A DNA stretch of 53,722 nucleotides from Prorocentrum cordatum (lineage: Eukaryota). Where the stretch lies: assembly GCA_963575745.1 (NCBI GenBank), contig CAUYUJ010000291.1:62001-115722 (forward strand). Direction: 5' to 3'. Below the pieces are notes generated by a model that was given only the letters and a program-made list of their open reading frames with translations, was not told the DNA's origin and did not search any database. Position numbers and translations under genes: made by a program. Position 1 is the first letter of the stretch, and each line of letters opens with the position of its first letter. Below, piece after piece: positions 9,461 to 23,815 of the stretch.

Positions 9461-12400
9461 GACGGATCATGCAAGACGACCCATGCAGTGCTGGAGATGT
9501 CCGGGGACTTCAGGACGGCAACAGTCAGGGCCGCGGCGGAGCAGATGGTGTTCCTGGAGGAGCACCTCGAGCACATGGTTGCCCACTCTGTCTGGGTGCC
9601 GGACTGGTCTTTGCTTCTCATGGGGTGTTCAGGCAGCTCGGACATAGCGCTCTTCAGCTGCCATCCCTCGAGTCTTGAGCGGTTCGGCAAAGCCAGCGGC
9701 TGGGTGGCCCTGGCGCCGCCCGAAGGCAAGCAGCTCGGGTGCCCCGCCGCCGTCACAATGGACTCCACCACCGAGCTGCGCGGCCTTTGCTTTCTGACGT
9801 CGTTCCGCGGGGACGTCGCCTGCAAGGGGCTGCCAGCAGACACTCCCACGTTGCCGTCGCCGCCGGTGGTGCTCCTGGCCGCTTCGGACGGCACCGTCAG
9901 CCTCCATTTTTGTGACTACTCGTTGGGTCGCCCGGTCGAGCCCGCAAGACCGAGCGCCGGCGTCCACACCGCCAAGGAGGCTGCTGAAACCAGGGCCGTC
10001 GTTTCGCCGTTCGCGGCCGCAGGCTCGGCGGCCTCGCCCTTCGGCGCTCCCGCTGCCGGGGCTGGTGCCGCCTCGCCCTTCGCGGCAACGGGCCCGGCGG
10101 TCTCGCCCTTCGGCGCTCCCGCTGCTGCAGCTGGCGCCGCCTCGCCCTTCGCCACGTCCGCGGGACCGCCAGCGTCTCCCTTCGGGCCCCCCACGTCGGG
10201 CACGGGCTCCGCCGCGCCGCTGGCCGCCTCGAGCCTGGCCGGGACGCCGTTCGGGGCCTCAGCGGCCGCAGCCTGCAGCAGCTCGCCCTTCGCCGCGCCC
10301 GCGGGGCCGCCGGCATCCCCCTTCGGGGCCCCGTCCTCTGGCGCGGGCGCCGCCGCCCCTCTGGCAGCAGCGAGCCTGGTCGGGTCACCGTTCGAGGCCG
10401 CATCTGCGGGCACGGGGCCAGGCGCGATGTTTGGGCTCTCCAGTACCGCGTCGTCGCCCTTCACGGCGGCGTCCAGCGGCTCGGCGAGCTCGGGGCAGTC
10501 GTCGGGGCTGGGGTACGCAACCACGGCGGACTCCCCCTTCAAGCCGGTTAGCGCCAGCTTTGGCTGTGGCCTCTTCAGTGGAGAGCAGAGCTCTGGCGGG
10601 GGCCTGGGCATGACGACGTCTGCGCAGAGCGCTGGCGGCCCTTTCGCCAGCAGACCGGTCGTCGGCTCGAATGGCATGGCAGCGTCGCCGAGCTCTGGTG
10701 CGTCCACGTCTGTGTCCACGCCAGCAGCTGCAGCTGGGCCGTCCGCGCCAACGGCAGTGGACAAGGCGCAGGGGTACAAGGACAGGATCGTCGCCGTCTA
10801 CGAGGAACACAACCCGCAGAAGGTCGGCGAGGTGGACACACTGCTGGCAAAGTACAAGGGCCAAGAGTACGTACTCTACCAGAAAATCTGCAAGAAATAT
10901 AATGTGCCTGCTCAGCCTGAGATACAGAGCGCATCAGGCCTTTTCGGCAGCTCGCAGAGCTCCCGCGGCGGCCTGTCAGGCAGCGCCCTCGCGCAGGGCT
11001 CTGGCGGCGGCCTCTTCGGTGCCAGCGTAGGGCCGAGCGCGGAGGGAAGCCTCTTCGGATCCGGCGCGGCACAGAGCAGCGGCAGCGGCGGCCTCTTCGG
11101 CGCTGGCGCGGCGCAGAGCAGCGGCGGCGGCATGTTCGCCAGCGACCCCTCGAAGAGCTCTGTCGGCGGCATTTTCGGTACCAGCACAGGGCCAAGCGCG
11201 GGAGGAGGCCTCTTCGGATCCAGCGCGGCACAGAGCAGCGGCAGCGGCGGCCTCTTCGGCACTGGCGCGGCGCAGAGCAGCGGCGGCGGCATGCTCGGAA
11301 GCAAGCTCGAACACAGCTCCAACGGCGGCCTTTTCGGTGCCAGCACTGGGCAGAGCACGGGAGGAAGCCTCTTTGGGTCTGGCGCAGCACAAAGCAGCGG
11401 CAGCGGCAGCCTCTTCGGCGCAGCGCAGAGCAGCGGCGGCGGCATGTTCGGCAGCGAGCCCGCGCAGAGCTCCAGCGGCGGCCTCTTCAGCTCCAGCACA
11501 GGGCTTGGGCCAAGCACGGGAGGAAGCCTCTTTGGGTCTGGCGCAGCGCAGAGCAGCGGCAGCGGCAGCCTCTTCGGCGTTGGCGCGGCGCAGAGCAGCG
11601 GTGGCCTTTTCGGCGGGGGCGGGAGTTCAAGCGGCGGTCTGGGGTTGTCGACGTCGTCGCAGAGCTCTGGCGCTGGCCTGTCAGGCAGCGAGCCCGCGCA
11701 GAGCTCCAGCGGCGGCCTCTTCGGCAGTGGCCCTGGCGGTGGACTTTTCAGCTCCAGCACAGAGCCGAACGCGGGAGGAGGCCTCTTCGGATCCAGCGCG
11801 GCACAGAGCAGCGGCAGCGGCGGCCTCTTCGGCACTGGCGCGGCGCAGAGCAGCGGCGGCGGCATGTTCGGCAGCGAGCCCGCGCAGAGCTCCAGCGGCG
11901 GCCTCTTCAGCTCCAGCACAGGGCTTGGGCCAAGCGCGGGAGGAAGCCTCTTTGGATCCGGCGCAGCGCAGAGCAGCGGCAGCGGCAGCCTCTTCGGCGT
12001 TGGCGCGGCGCAGAGCAGCGGTGGCCTTTTCGGCGGGGGCGGGAGTTCAAGCGGCGGTCTGGGGTTGTCGACGTCGTCGCAGAGCTCTGGCGCTGGCCTG
12101 TCAGGCAGCGAGCCCGCGCAGAGCTCCAGCGGCGGCCTCTTCGGCAGTGGCCCTGGCGGTGGATTTTTCAGCTCCAGCACAGAGCCGAACGCGGGAGGAG
12201 GCCTCTTCGGATCCAGCGCGGCACAGGGCAGCGGCAGCGGCGGCCTCTTCGGCACTGGCGCGGCGCAGAGCAGCGGCGGCCTCTTCGGCGGAGTGCAGAG
12301 CGCAAGCGGGAGCTTGAGCATGCCGGCGTCGTCGCAGAGCTTTGGCGGCCTTTTTGCCGACGCGGCGGTCGGGTCGAGTAACGCGTCGGCGTCGCAGAGT

Positions 12401-14470
12401 TCTGGCGCGTTTGAGTCTGCGTCCGCATCCGGTCCTGTAGCAAAGGCAATAGACAAAGTTCAGGGGTATAAGGACAGGATCGTCGCAATCTACGAGGAGC
12501 ACAACCCGCAGAAGGTCGGCGAGGTAGACGCCCTGATGACAAAGTATAAGGGCCAGGAGTACATGCTCTACCAGAAAATCTGCAAGAAATATAATGTGCC
12601 TGCCCAGCCTGAGATACAGAGCGCAGCATCAACCAGCGGCCTCTTCAGCTCCAGCACAGGGTCAAGCGCCGGAGGAGGCCTCGTCGGATCCAGCGCGCCA
12701 CAGAGCAGCTGCAGCAGCAGCTTCTTAGGCGCTGGCGGGGCGCAGAGCAGCGGCGGCAGCATGTTCGGCGGGGACCGGAGCTCCAGCGGGGGCCTGGGCA
12801 TGTCAACGTCGTCGCAGGTCTCTGGCGGCGGCATGTCAGGCAGCGGCACAGCACCTAGTATCAGCATGGGGACCGCGGCCTCGGCCAGCCTGACGCCGAC
12901 GGTGCCCGCGCGGGCGAGTTCCGCCGGCCCGCCCACGGAAAGCGACGCCGAGAAGCTGCTGCAGGCCTTCAGGGCATCTGGGCAGCCTGGCGAAGTGACC
13001 GCAAAGCACCTGAAAGAGTTCGAGGACGCCCTGCAGAAGCTGGAGAAAGCCACGTGCGGCCACGTCGACAAGGGCCTGGTCTCGGGCCTGGTCAAGGATC
13101 TAGGCGGCATTGCGGCCAAGAGCGCGGACACGGAGAAGCGCATCTGCGACCTGGACGTACCCGGGCGAGCCCAGATTCTGGCCACGCTCTCGGAGATGCA
13201 GGCCGGTACGGTGCAGCACTACTGCAGCATCATGAGCGGATCGCAGAGCGCCCTTGGCCAGTCGAGCAGAGCCTTGCAGTCCATAGAGGACAGCTGCAAA
13301 GCCCTGGAGGCGAAGATGGCATCGCTCGAGAAGGATATGATCGACAAGCTTGGAGGCAAGGTCGACTGGGGCGCCCTGGGCGGGGTGTTCAGCCAACCGC
13401 CCACCGGCACGGCGCCCGCCGCGGGCACCTCTGACGACGCGCCCAGGCCGGCAGAGGGCCCGAGCTCCCTGGTGCCGATGGGCCGCACCACGCACGACCG
13501 CGGCGCCGGGGGCAGGGCGGCGCCCTGCAGGACGGCCAGGGCGACGGGCCCCGCCTGGAACCGGCTGCCCCCCAACCCGCTCCGGAGCGGCTCGGGCCGC
13601 AAGGCGCTGCTGCGCGATGCCGCGCTGGAGAAGGGCAGGCCGTTGGCCGCGACGGCCGGCGCGATGCCGCCGCTGGTGCCCCCCGGGGCGGGCCAGGACG
13701 AGGGCAGGTCCCTCTGGTTCTACCAGCGCCAGGCGCAGCAGGAGCGCGACCGCACGCAGGAGCTCCGCGAGCGCCTGCTGGCCCTCTCGCAGCGCTCCCA
13801 CGACGTGGAGTCTTCCCTGCGCTCGGCCCCGGGCCCAGCGGAGCCCGCGTCGCCCCCCGCCTGCGCTGCGCCAGTGCAGAAGCTGCGCAAGTCGCTGTAC
13901 ACGCAGCTGAGGGCGCACGCCGCCGCGCAGCCCCGGCGCCGGGCGAAGCGATCGGACCACCTCGCCCTGGACCGAGGGGCGTTTGAGGGCCTGGCGCGAC
14001 CGCCGACGGAGATAGACACCCCGACGTTCGGCAACCGTCGGAACGAGGGGACCTTCGGCCCCCCGTCGGCCGAGAAGGCCAGGCCGAGGCAGCCAGGCGG
14101 CGAGGCGGACGGGGCGTTGATGCCCCCGCCGAGCACGGTGCCCGGCAGGAGACCCCGCGAAGTTGGCCTTCAGGCCCCGCCCGCGGCCTTGAACGCGCCC
14201 GCGCTGGCGGCGGCGGCCTCGCCGGACACGCAGCGCGGGCGCCCCGTCTTCGGCGCGGGAAGCGCCGCGGGGCCGCGCGCCGCGCCGCCAGGGGCGGCCG
14301 CGGCGCGGCAGCCCAGCCAGACCCCGAGCCTGGCTGGCTCCGAGTCGGAGGTTGCCGGCTTCTTCCCGCCGAAAGCCGCGGCCGCGGGTGCCGCGGGGCT
14401 GTTCGGCGGTGGCGCGCCCGCGGTCGGTACTTCGGCGGCCCCGGGGCTGGTCGGCCTGGAGCCGGCCACG
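9461..14470 (+). CDS. FG-nucleoporin exon 3 (about 5 kb): end of propeller, SPF repeats, GGLFG/GSLFG repeats, two helical modules, coiled coil
   Basis: Acceptor GAAAG|GAC in frame with the 9488-14527 ORF. Many SPFG/SPFA and GGLFG motifs. Heptad-like segments at about 12940-13350 and 13720-13810. The 3' donor is uncertain (about 14470-14490; phase 0 is needed to join 17115). Confidence 0.85.
11426..12280 (+). repeat. Near-identical 420-bp (140-aa) tandem duplication inside the FG region
   Basis: The block at 11461 recurs at 11881, and 11581 at 12001, with only a few substitutions. Confidence 0.9.
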
Positions 14471-16239
14471 GCCACGAGGAAGCGGGAGGAGCTCGGGGGG
14501 GGGACTCAGGGAAGCAAGAGATCATGAGAGTGATCCGTTTCAGGGTCTCAAAGGTTTCTAGGACCTTTCATATTCTCGTCATGTTTCGCACCAGCTGCGC
14601 CGCAAGAAGCTCTGGAAATCCTGGAATGTATCCTGAGCCATCCTTATCATGACACCATTCTCGCCCCAGGCCTCTTACGGTGTGTTGTGTGGGTTTGTCC
14701 GTCGGGGCGGCTTTTGACCTCGGCGTCGGCCTCCGAGGCCCGTTGTCGCCAAGCACGGGCCCGGGGCGGCGAGCTGCACCTGGGGAGAGGGTTGGGGCCC
14801 CCTGCGGCCGCTCCTTACACGGAGGAAAAAGCGGGTTCGACTGCGCTGACATTGACTCGCAAGCGCCCCGCAGAGGGTCGCGCGTAAGCGCCCTTGTTTC
14901 CAATGTGGCGTGCCGCGCTGGCGGCCCGCGCAAGCCACCACGTAAGGTCGCGACGTCGTCTCGCGTAAGACCCCTTCGCTTCCGTCGCCCAGGTGCCTGG
15001 GGCTGCAGGGGCTGGGAAAGCCAGGCCAAGAAAGAGGGAGAGCGCAGGACATTCCTTCTCCAGGCGTAGACCTCACCAAGCATCGGTCGCACCCTGCCCC
15101 CCAGACCTCTGAGAGTATTTGTTTCCAATGCGCGGCCCCTCAAGGGGGGGAGAACCCCCCCCCGACCCCCATAGCTGGCGTTTACTAAACAGCCGTCGGC
15201 GTTTACTGAGCAGCCCTGCCATGTTCGATTCCTTATTTGGGTGCGTCTGCTAGTTGAGCGGCTTCGCTTGTCGGGGTGCTCATTATGATGGTGGTTCTGC
15301 TGCACTCTAGCCCCAGGTCCTGACTCGCTTCCCGGCCGCAGTTTCCAGTCCCGGATCCGTTCTCCATTTTTGACCGTTCGGGGGCGCGACAACGGGCCCC
15401 AGAGGCCGACGCCGAGGGAAAACGGTTGGATTGAAGAACACGTCGTCGGAGGTCTGGGTCCTTGATTTGGTTGGGGTGGTCCTCGGCAGCAATAGGCGCA
15501 GGAAGTGCATAAGATGACGCAGCACCTTTGAAAACCGGCTGATCTGAAGCATGCGTGTTGTTTTTCTCCTCTTCCACTTTCCCCATTTCATGGGACGCGT
15601 CCCTCTAGATGCTCGGCTGTGTGTGTGGCTGGGAACCCGACCCCTCGCCATGGCTCGCTGCCCCGCAGCTGCCCCCGGCCCCCCCCGCCTGCTGTGGGCC
15701 CGCCGCCGCTGGCTCCCCCCCCCCAGCGCCGCCCCTGGCACGTGCCTGGCCCTGCTGTGAGCAGGCCCGGCTTCTCCCTCTCCCCCCGCCGCCGCCGGGC
15801 TCCTCCTCCTCCTCCTCCTCCTCCTCCTCCTCCTCCTCCTCCTCCTCCTCCTCTTGCATGGTGGCCTAATTCGCGTTCCGTGCACCACACCACGCTTCTC
15901 CCGCCAGCGCAGTGATTCTGCCTAGCCGCCGACGCAAAAAGTGTGTAATTATGTGTGTGTGTGTGTGGGTGTGAGTGAGTGAGTGAGTGAGTGAGTGTGT
16001 GTGTGTGGGAGGGAGGGAGGGAGGGAGGGAGGGAGGGAGGGAGGGAGGGAGGGAGGGAGGGTGGTGGCAAGCTAGGTTCGCTCGCGTCATATCTGACGTC
16101 CTACCCCTCCCTCCCATCCCTTACCATGGCGCTGATTTTCTCTATCCGCGGACGCGTGTCGTAGCGGACTTGTGGCTCCGCGCGCGCGTGCGTAGTGGGT
16201 GGTGGTGCGCGTGCGTGCGTGCGTGCGTGCGTGCGTGGT

Positions 16240-16880
16240 TGTGGTGGTGGTGGTGGTGGTGGTGGTGGTGGTGGTGGTGGTGGTGGTGGTGGTGGTGGTG
16301 GTGTGGTGGTGGTGGTGATGGTGGTGCTGGTGGTGGTGGTGGTGGTGGTGGTGGTTGTGGTGGTGGTGGTGGTGGTGGTGCGGCGCGGTGGTGGCGGGCG
16401 GATGGGCGCGCGAGAAAGAGGCCCGCGCTGGGGCGAGAACGCCGTCCTGAACGACGGAGGCCAAACACCGATCCGAAAATGAGGCCCACGCTGCAGCGGG
16501 AGCACGATTCGGAACGATTCGGGAGCAGAAATGATGCCGGCGCCTCAGCGAGAGCAGCATGTTGAAAAAAACACAAGCGAAAACCCGTTTCCCGGGAATC
16601 CTGTGTGTAAAAAAACAATACGCCGGGGGGGTGTCGGATATCTTCGGGACGCCATCAGGGGAAGTGGCAGAGTATTCTCATATTGTGTAATTGTTAATGA
16701 CAGGGTGGTGGTGGTGCTGGTAATGGTGGTGGCGGTGGTGGTGGTGGTGGTGGTGGGGGTGGTAGGTGGTAGGTGGTAGGTGGTAGGTGGAGGGTGGTAG
16801 GTGGTAGGTGGTAGGTGGTAGGTGGTAGGTGGTAGGTGGTAGGTGGTAGGTGGTAGGTGGTAGGTGGTAGGTGGTGGTGG

Positions 16881-16911
<31 letters not shown>

Positions 16912-17085
16912 GGTGCTGGTGGTGGTGGTGGTGGTGGTGGTGGTGGTGGTGGTGGTGGTGGTGGTGGTGGTGGTGGTGGTATTGGTGGTGGTGGTGGTGG
17001 TGATGGTGGTGGTGGTGGTGGTAGGTGGTAGGTGGTAGGTGGTAGGTGGTAGGTGGTAGGTGGTAGGTGGTAGGTGGTAGGTAGT
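16240..17085. repeat. (GGT)n and (GGTAGGT)n microsatellites
   Basis: Directly visible tandem arrays in intron 3. Confidence 0.9.
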
Positions 17086-17114
17086 GGTGATGTACGCTCC
17101 CCCTCTCCCTGCAG

Positions 17115-17186
17115 GAGCCCGACGCCGTGCCGGCGGGGGGAGCTGCGGCACAGACAGCTCCGGCGGCGCCAGCCGCAGTGGACAAG
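17115..17186 (+). CDS. FG-nucleoporin exon 4 (72 nt)
   Basis: Pyrimidine tract plus GCAG|GAG; EPDAVPAGGAAAQTAPAAPAAVDK; donor AAG|GTGG. AVDK joined to the next exon's VQGYKDR recreates the A(V/I)DK(A/V)QGYKDR junction seen twice in exon 3. Confidence 0.8.
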
Positions 17187-18259
17187 GTGGCTCCTCATCT
17201 CTCTCTCTCTCTCTCTTTCTCTCGATCTGAGGGTTCGTCGAACGCGGCCATCCCGCCATCCCCCCTCCTCCTCACTCTCCTCCCTTTCCTCCTCCCCTTC
17301 CTCCTTCTCCCTCTTTCCCCCTTGTTCCTCCTCCACCACCACCACCCCCTTCTCATCTCCCTCCTCTTCCTGAGGAGGAGGGGGCATGGATGCAGGATGA
17401 GGAGGCAGGATGGGTTGAGGAGGAGGCCTCCCTGAGGGGGGGGGGAGGGGGAGGAGAATGAGGAGGAGTAGGAGGGCTCCCCATGACTCATGACTCCCCA
17501 TCCTTCTCTTTCTCCACCTCTTTCCCTTTTCTCAATTGATCATCATTGTCCTCGTCTTACTGCTAAACGTTAGTACGTACGTTTATCCTTGCTTATCCTC
17601 TTTATCCCTGCTTCTTCTCATCTTGTCACCGCCCCCCTGTCCCCATCCTGCTCCCCTTGCTCCTTTTTTCCCCCTTCTCCAACCCTCGCCCTCACCTCTC
17701 ACCCCTCCCCTCTCTCATCATTCCGTGGCGCGAGCTTGGAACCGCCGACTCCGCCGACTGAGAACTGACCAGCTTGGGCGCGAGATGCGGAATGGGGATT
17801 GGGGGCAAGGGGCAGGGGCGGCTGTGAGGGCGTAAATCTCATGGTCTTCGCACCATATTGTTCGGTTGCAGATCTTCGGGGGCCATGCATACCCTCGCAA
17901 TTCTACTTTTAGAGTGCACTAGCGTCGATTTAGCGTCTGGTAAACGATGAGATGGCTTCGATTAGCGTCGATTTATCGTCGGTTAGCATCCATATAGCGT
18001 CGACGAGCGTCGGTCAGCGTCGATTCGCAGGACCCAGCAAGATGGTGTGGGAGGCTCACCTGAATTGCCACCGAAATCTCGCCACTGCGCCTGGCTGGGC
18101 CTAAGTTTGTCTTTTCGCCAGCCTCTGCCCTTCGCTGATGGCCTCCAGCCAACGCGCTGAGGCGAGAGAGGCCCCCTCAGAAAGCCGGCCGAGCTGCACC
18201 TGTGCTCTCCTGCTGTGGTTGCTGAGGGATGCCGGGTGCCGTTCACGGCATCGGTGTTG

Positions 18260-18444
18260 GTATCGTTTAACCGATCCCCAGCCCCATCCCCATCCCCTTC
18301 GAGACCCCCACCAAATTACCCCCCCCCAGTTGGGGATACACCCCTCGAAACCCGAAGGGAACGACCTATATCCCCATCTAGGGGCGTAAGTCGGCCAGTG
18401 GGGCCCAGGCCACGCCGCCGGGGATGGGATCGGTTAAACGATAC
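18260..18444. mobile_element. MITE with perfect 19-bp TIR
   Basis: GTATCGTTTAACCGATCCC (18260-18278) / GGGATCGGTTAAACGATAC (18426-18444). Confidence 0.7.
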
Positions 18445-18996
18445 TCACGGTGTCACCCAAACATGCCAAGATCATGCATGCGTCGCCCCCAAAGGGCCGG
18501 CCTGCGCGATCAGAATCTCTTAGTAGATCTGCTCCGTGGCGGGCGCTCTCTGACCCTACCGCTCGGGAAGCTATGTGCTACAACACGGCTGTACTGCTCC
18601 AGATGCCGTAAGAAAAGAGGGGGGTTCACAGCCCTCCCAGACGGGCAGTTTTAGACCCCTCCCAAACCAGCCATGAAGGGGCAGCCTTTCGCCCAGCCCC
18701 CCCTGGAACGCTCCGAGGCAGCTCGAATCAGAGCCCCCCCCCTGAATCAGACCATCCCCTTCGCATCCTGCAGTCCGGAGTACGCATTCGGGTCGGACGC
18801 ACGCCTCCAAGAGGGGGCGCTCTGCGCCCCACGGCACTCAGCAGGCGGCGCTGCCGATCCTCCTGCCGCTGGGCGCTGCTCTCCTCGGCGCGCGTGCCAG
18901 AAGGGGCCTCCTTTCCGGCGCGTCCCTTCGCCCTCAGGGGAGGTGGGCGGAGGCGGAGCGGGGGCGGGTCCGCCAGCGGAAGGCGGCGAAGACGAC

Positions 18997-19120
18997 TTGG
19001 CATTGCTCCGACGTGTGCATTCTTTCGGCGAGGACCGTCGAAGAGCATCCTGGATCATCGAGCCGACAAAAAACACGAAGCCTAAAAATGTACGGGAAGT
19101 GGTCGTCCGAGCGACGGCAG
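18997..19120. mobile_element. ~125-bp MITE family (TIR CTTGGCATCGCTCGGACG / CGTCCGAGCGACGGCAAG)
   Basis: Further copies at about 35297-35430, 39234-39370, 44958-45065 (partial) and 45589-45697. Confidence 0.75.
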
Positions 19121-19600
19121 ATCTCGCCACCATGTTTAGATTTTGGGGTTCCGGAGTCAGCCATAATGCTGCTGCTCCAGCCACGGCTGATCCTGCTCAT
19201 GTTGCTCATCCTCCACGTCTTCATCCCCGTTGGACCTCGAGCGGTTATTGAATGCCCCCCTGCATTCCAGGGGCTACTTGAAGGGTGGAGACACCCAACA
19301 GTGCTCGCCATTACTCGGCCGTCGCCGCCGTGGGGAGGAAGAAGAGAAGGAGAGGAGGAGCAGGATTAGGAGAAGGATGAGAAGGACAGGGCGACATGGG
19401 GGACACTCGGAGTTGATTGCCAGCCCCGAGCTTTGGGGGGGGAGGGGAAGCAGCATTACAGACCTCTCGCGGTTTTTGGATATCTCCTTCTCTTGATCCA
19501 CCCATCTCCTCTGCTCCCTTCCGTCTTCTACTTCTCATCCCCTTTTCTCCGCCGCCTCCTTTTCTTCTTCCCCGTCCCTCTCGGCCTAGAACGGGCAAAG

Positions 19601-19961
19601 GTTCAGGGGTACAAGGACAGGATCGCCGCAATCTACCAGCAGCACAATCCGCAGAAGGTCGGGGAGGTGGACGCCCTGATGACGAAGTACAGAGGCCAGG
19701 AGTACGTGCTCTACCAGAAGATCTGCAAGAAGTACAGCGTGCCCGCAGAGCCTGAGATACTGGACGCAGCAGCAGCTGGGGCCTCTGGCCTGCTCGGTGC
19801 CCCTCAGAGCGGGGCCGGAGGCCTCTTCGGAGGCTCGCAGGGCGGCGGCCTCTTCGCATCCACGGCGGGCGCAGCGAGTGCACTCGCAGCCCCGCAGTCT
19901 GCGGGTGGCCTCTTCGGCGCACCGCAGAGCTCCGGAGGCAGCAGCAGCAGCGCAGCCCAAG
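19601..19961 (+). CDS. FG-nucleoporin exon 5 (helical module 3 plus GGLFG repeats)
   Basis: Acceptor AAAG|GTT; VQGYKDRIAAIYQQHNPQKVGEVDALMTKYRGQEYVLYQKICKKY...GGLFG... A phase-1 GC donor (CAAG|GCCAG) completes Q-GGLFG with exon 6. Confidence 0.85.
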
Positions 19962-21640
19962 GCCAGGCCTGCGCAGATATGTTGTCAGCAAGAGTCCCGT
20001 GCCATCGTTCACAGCCCCCTTTCAACCGAACGGGGGATGGGGAGAAATGAGGGATGAAGGGATGAAAAGAAGCAGGGAAATAGGGAAGAGGAATGACGGA
20101 GAGCGGGGTTAGGAAAGCAGGCGCTTAAGACCCCCGCCAGGGTATTTTTTCTTCGGCGCAAAAGCCTTTGGCCCCAACCAGTTGCCAACGCACATGGATC
20201 GAACCGTTGCGGCGTCAGCCGGCACTGACCGTGGTGATGTGCGATATCCATTCGTAGGGTAGATGGGTAAGAAGGTCATGAGAGGGAGGGGGAGAGAGCG
20301 AGAGAGAGAGAGAGCTACTTAAACACAGAGAGATAAAAGGGGGAGAGAGAGAGAGGGAGATAGAGAGAGATAACAAAAACAAATGGCACACGTGTGTATA
20401 TATATGTATATATATATAAACGTACTAGGCTGACAGAGAGAAAGAGAAAGAGAGAGAGAGAGAGAGAGCGAGAGCGAGAGCGAGAGCGCGCTAGGGGGCG
20501 AACACAGGCAGAGGGAGAGCGATGGTGAGGAGAGGAAGACGGGGAAAAGAGAGAGAGAGAGGGAGAGAAACAGAGAGATACTGAGAGACCGAGTAACCAT
20601 AATACCGAGAGAGAGGGGCCAGCAGCGTGGAACGCAAGCACTCGCGCGCCCACGCACGCACACGCAACCGTCTGCGTGGGATCCCTGATACTCTGAACGG
20701 TCTGTGAAGAACCGTCGCTTCTCATCCTACGGTTCCTTCGTCATCCCTATCATTGACGCCTCGTGTATCCCCACCAGCCCGTCCGGAAATGATGCTGGTC
20801 TCGCGCTGTTGCTCCCGGTGTTGCCCCCTTATTATTGAATCGTTCCAATCATTCCGCCCGCTCATTTTGCATCACTGGTGCTATATGTTTGTGTGATTGT
20901 GGCGAGCGAGAGGGGCGAGGAGGAGGAGGAGGAGGCGGAGGAGGCGGAGTAGGAGGAGGAGGAGGAAGAGGTCTCTCCTCCCCCCTTTCTTCTCTGTCCT
21001 CGTCCTCCTCGTCCTCGTCCTCCTCCTCCATCTTCTCCGCGCCGATGTCTTCCAAGAACAGTCCCTTTGTCGCCGACTTTTTCCGGGTGACTTCTTCCGC
21101 GCAGCTTCTTCCGGACCACTTCTTCCGAGGGCGATTTTTTCCGCGACGATTTCTTCCAGACCATTTCTTCCGAACCATTTCTCCAGGACGATTTCTTCGG
21201 GAAGAAATTATTTTTGGAAGAAGTCGTCGCTGAAGGAATCGTCGTCTTCCGAGGAGGAAGAAGGAGGATAATGAGAAAAGCAGGAGGAGGAAGAGGGGGA
21301 AGAAGAGCAGGAGGAGGAGCAGGAGGCTGAGGAATGCGGCACGAGGAAAATCAGGAGGAGGAGGAGGAGGAAGAGGAGGAGGGGGAGGCAGGAAAGAAGG
21401 AGGGAAGGAACTGACGATGACAAGCAGGATGGATTCGGGCTTTGGAGGTATGTTGTTGTGAGAGGTCCTTGATTGACGACGAAGGCCACCTTATAGGGGC
21501 TCTCTTCGGGGCCCCCGTTGGGGTACTCTTAGGGCACTCATAAGGGCTTATTTGGGAGGTTTTGGGGCCCTCCTGGGGTTCCTTGAAGGGGTCTGGGAGG
21601 CCTCTTGGGGCCATCTTGGCTCCCATGAAACAAATCAGCT

Positions 21641-23058
<1,418 letters not shown>

Positions 23059-23815
23059 AGTGGGGTAGGCAATTGAGGTCCCCCCGCGGGAGGCCCAACA
23101 ATGGCGCCTTGAGGCCCTCTTGGGCCGCTCTTGGGGCCCTCTTGGGCCCCTCTTGGGACTCTCTGGGGCCGTCTTGGGGCCATCTGGAGGCCTCCGAGGC
23201 CCATCGGAAGCGAAAAAGCGAGAAGGCAAGACACAATGATTATCCTTAGATTTTGGAGCTCCTCTCCCTCTGCACTACCCCCCTCTCCGAACAATGCGCT
23301 GTATGTATGTATGTATGTATGTATGTATGTATGTATGTATGTATGCATGCATGCATGCATGCATGCATGCATGCATGCATGTGTTTACATAAAACTACGT
23401 GGATACATGCTTATCTATATAATATATGTATTAATCCCGCTACCTCAGTTCTCCCCGAACCTCCTACTCCTCATCCTGCTGCTGCTCTCCTGGTGTTCTG
23501 AGCGCCCTAACCGCCACGCCGTATGCCGCGTCAGTTGCTTGAGCAAGCCACGACACAAAATCGCTGTGTCCTGGGGACCCTCTTCTCGTAGTCTCTCAGA
23601 TGGGAGAGATGGTGATGGCGCTTGACGTTGCTGTCCAGCCGGCCAGGCGTTCACCGCTTGTGGGGCTCCTCTCTCCTCTTCGCCCCATGCCCTGGCATGC
23701 GAGCTTGCGTGTTCGTGTCGCGCGGAGTAGTCGGAACGTTGGGCTGCACGCTCGTTTCGCTGTGCGCGCATCGGTTCGGTGTCTCCTCCCTTTTCTTCGG
23801 CACTTGTCCAGTAAG

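Noticed and set aside
10912..12456. 514-aa minus-strand ORF (PKRPP repeats) and other ORFs overlapping exon 3
   Set aside because: Antisense or alternate-frame shadows of the GGLFG coding repeats.
15600..15790. Possible extra nucleoporin exon in intron 3
   Set aside because: Pro/Ala-rich in all frames with no convincing AG|G acceptor and donor pair.
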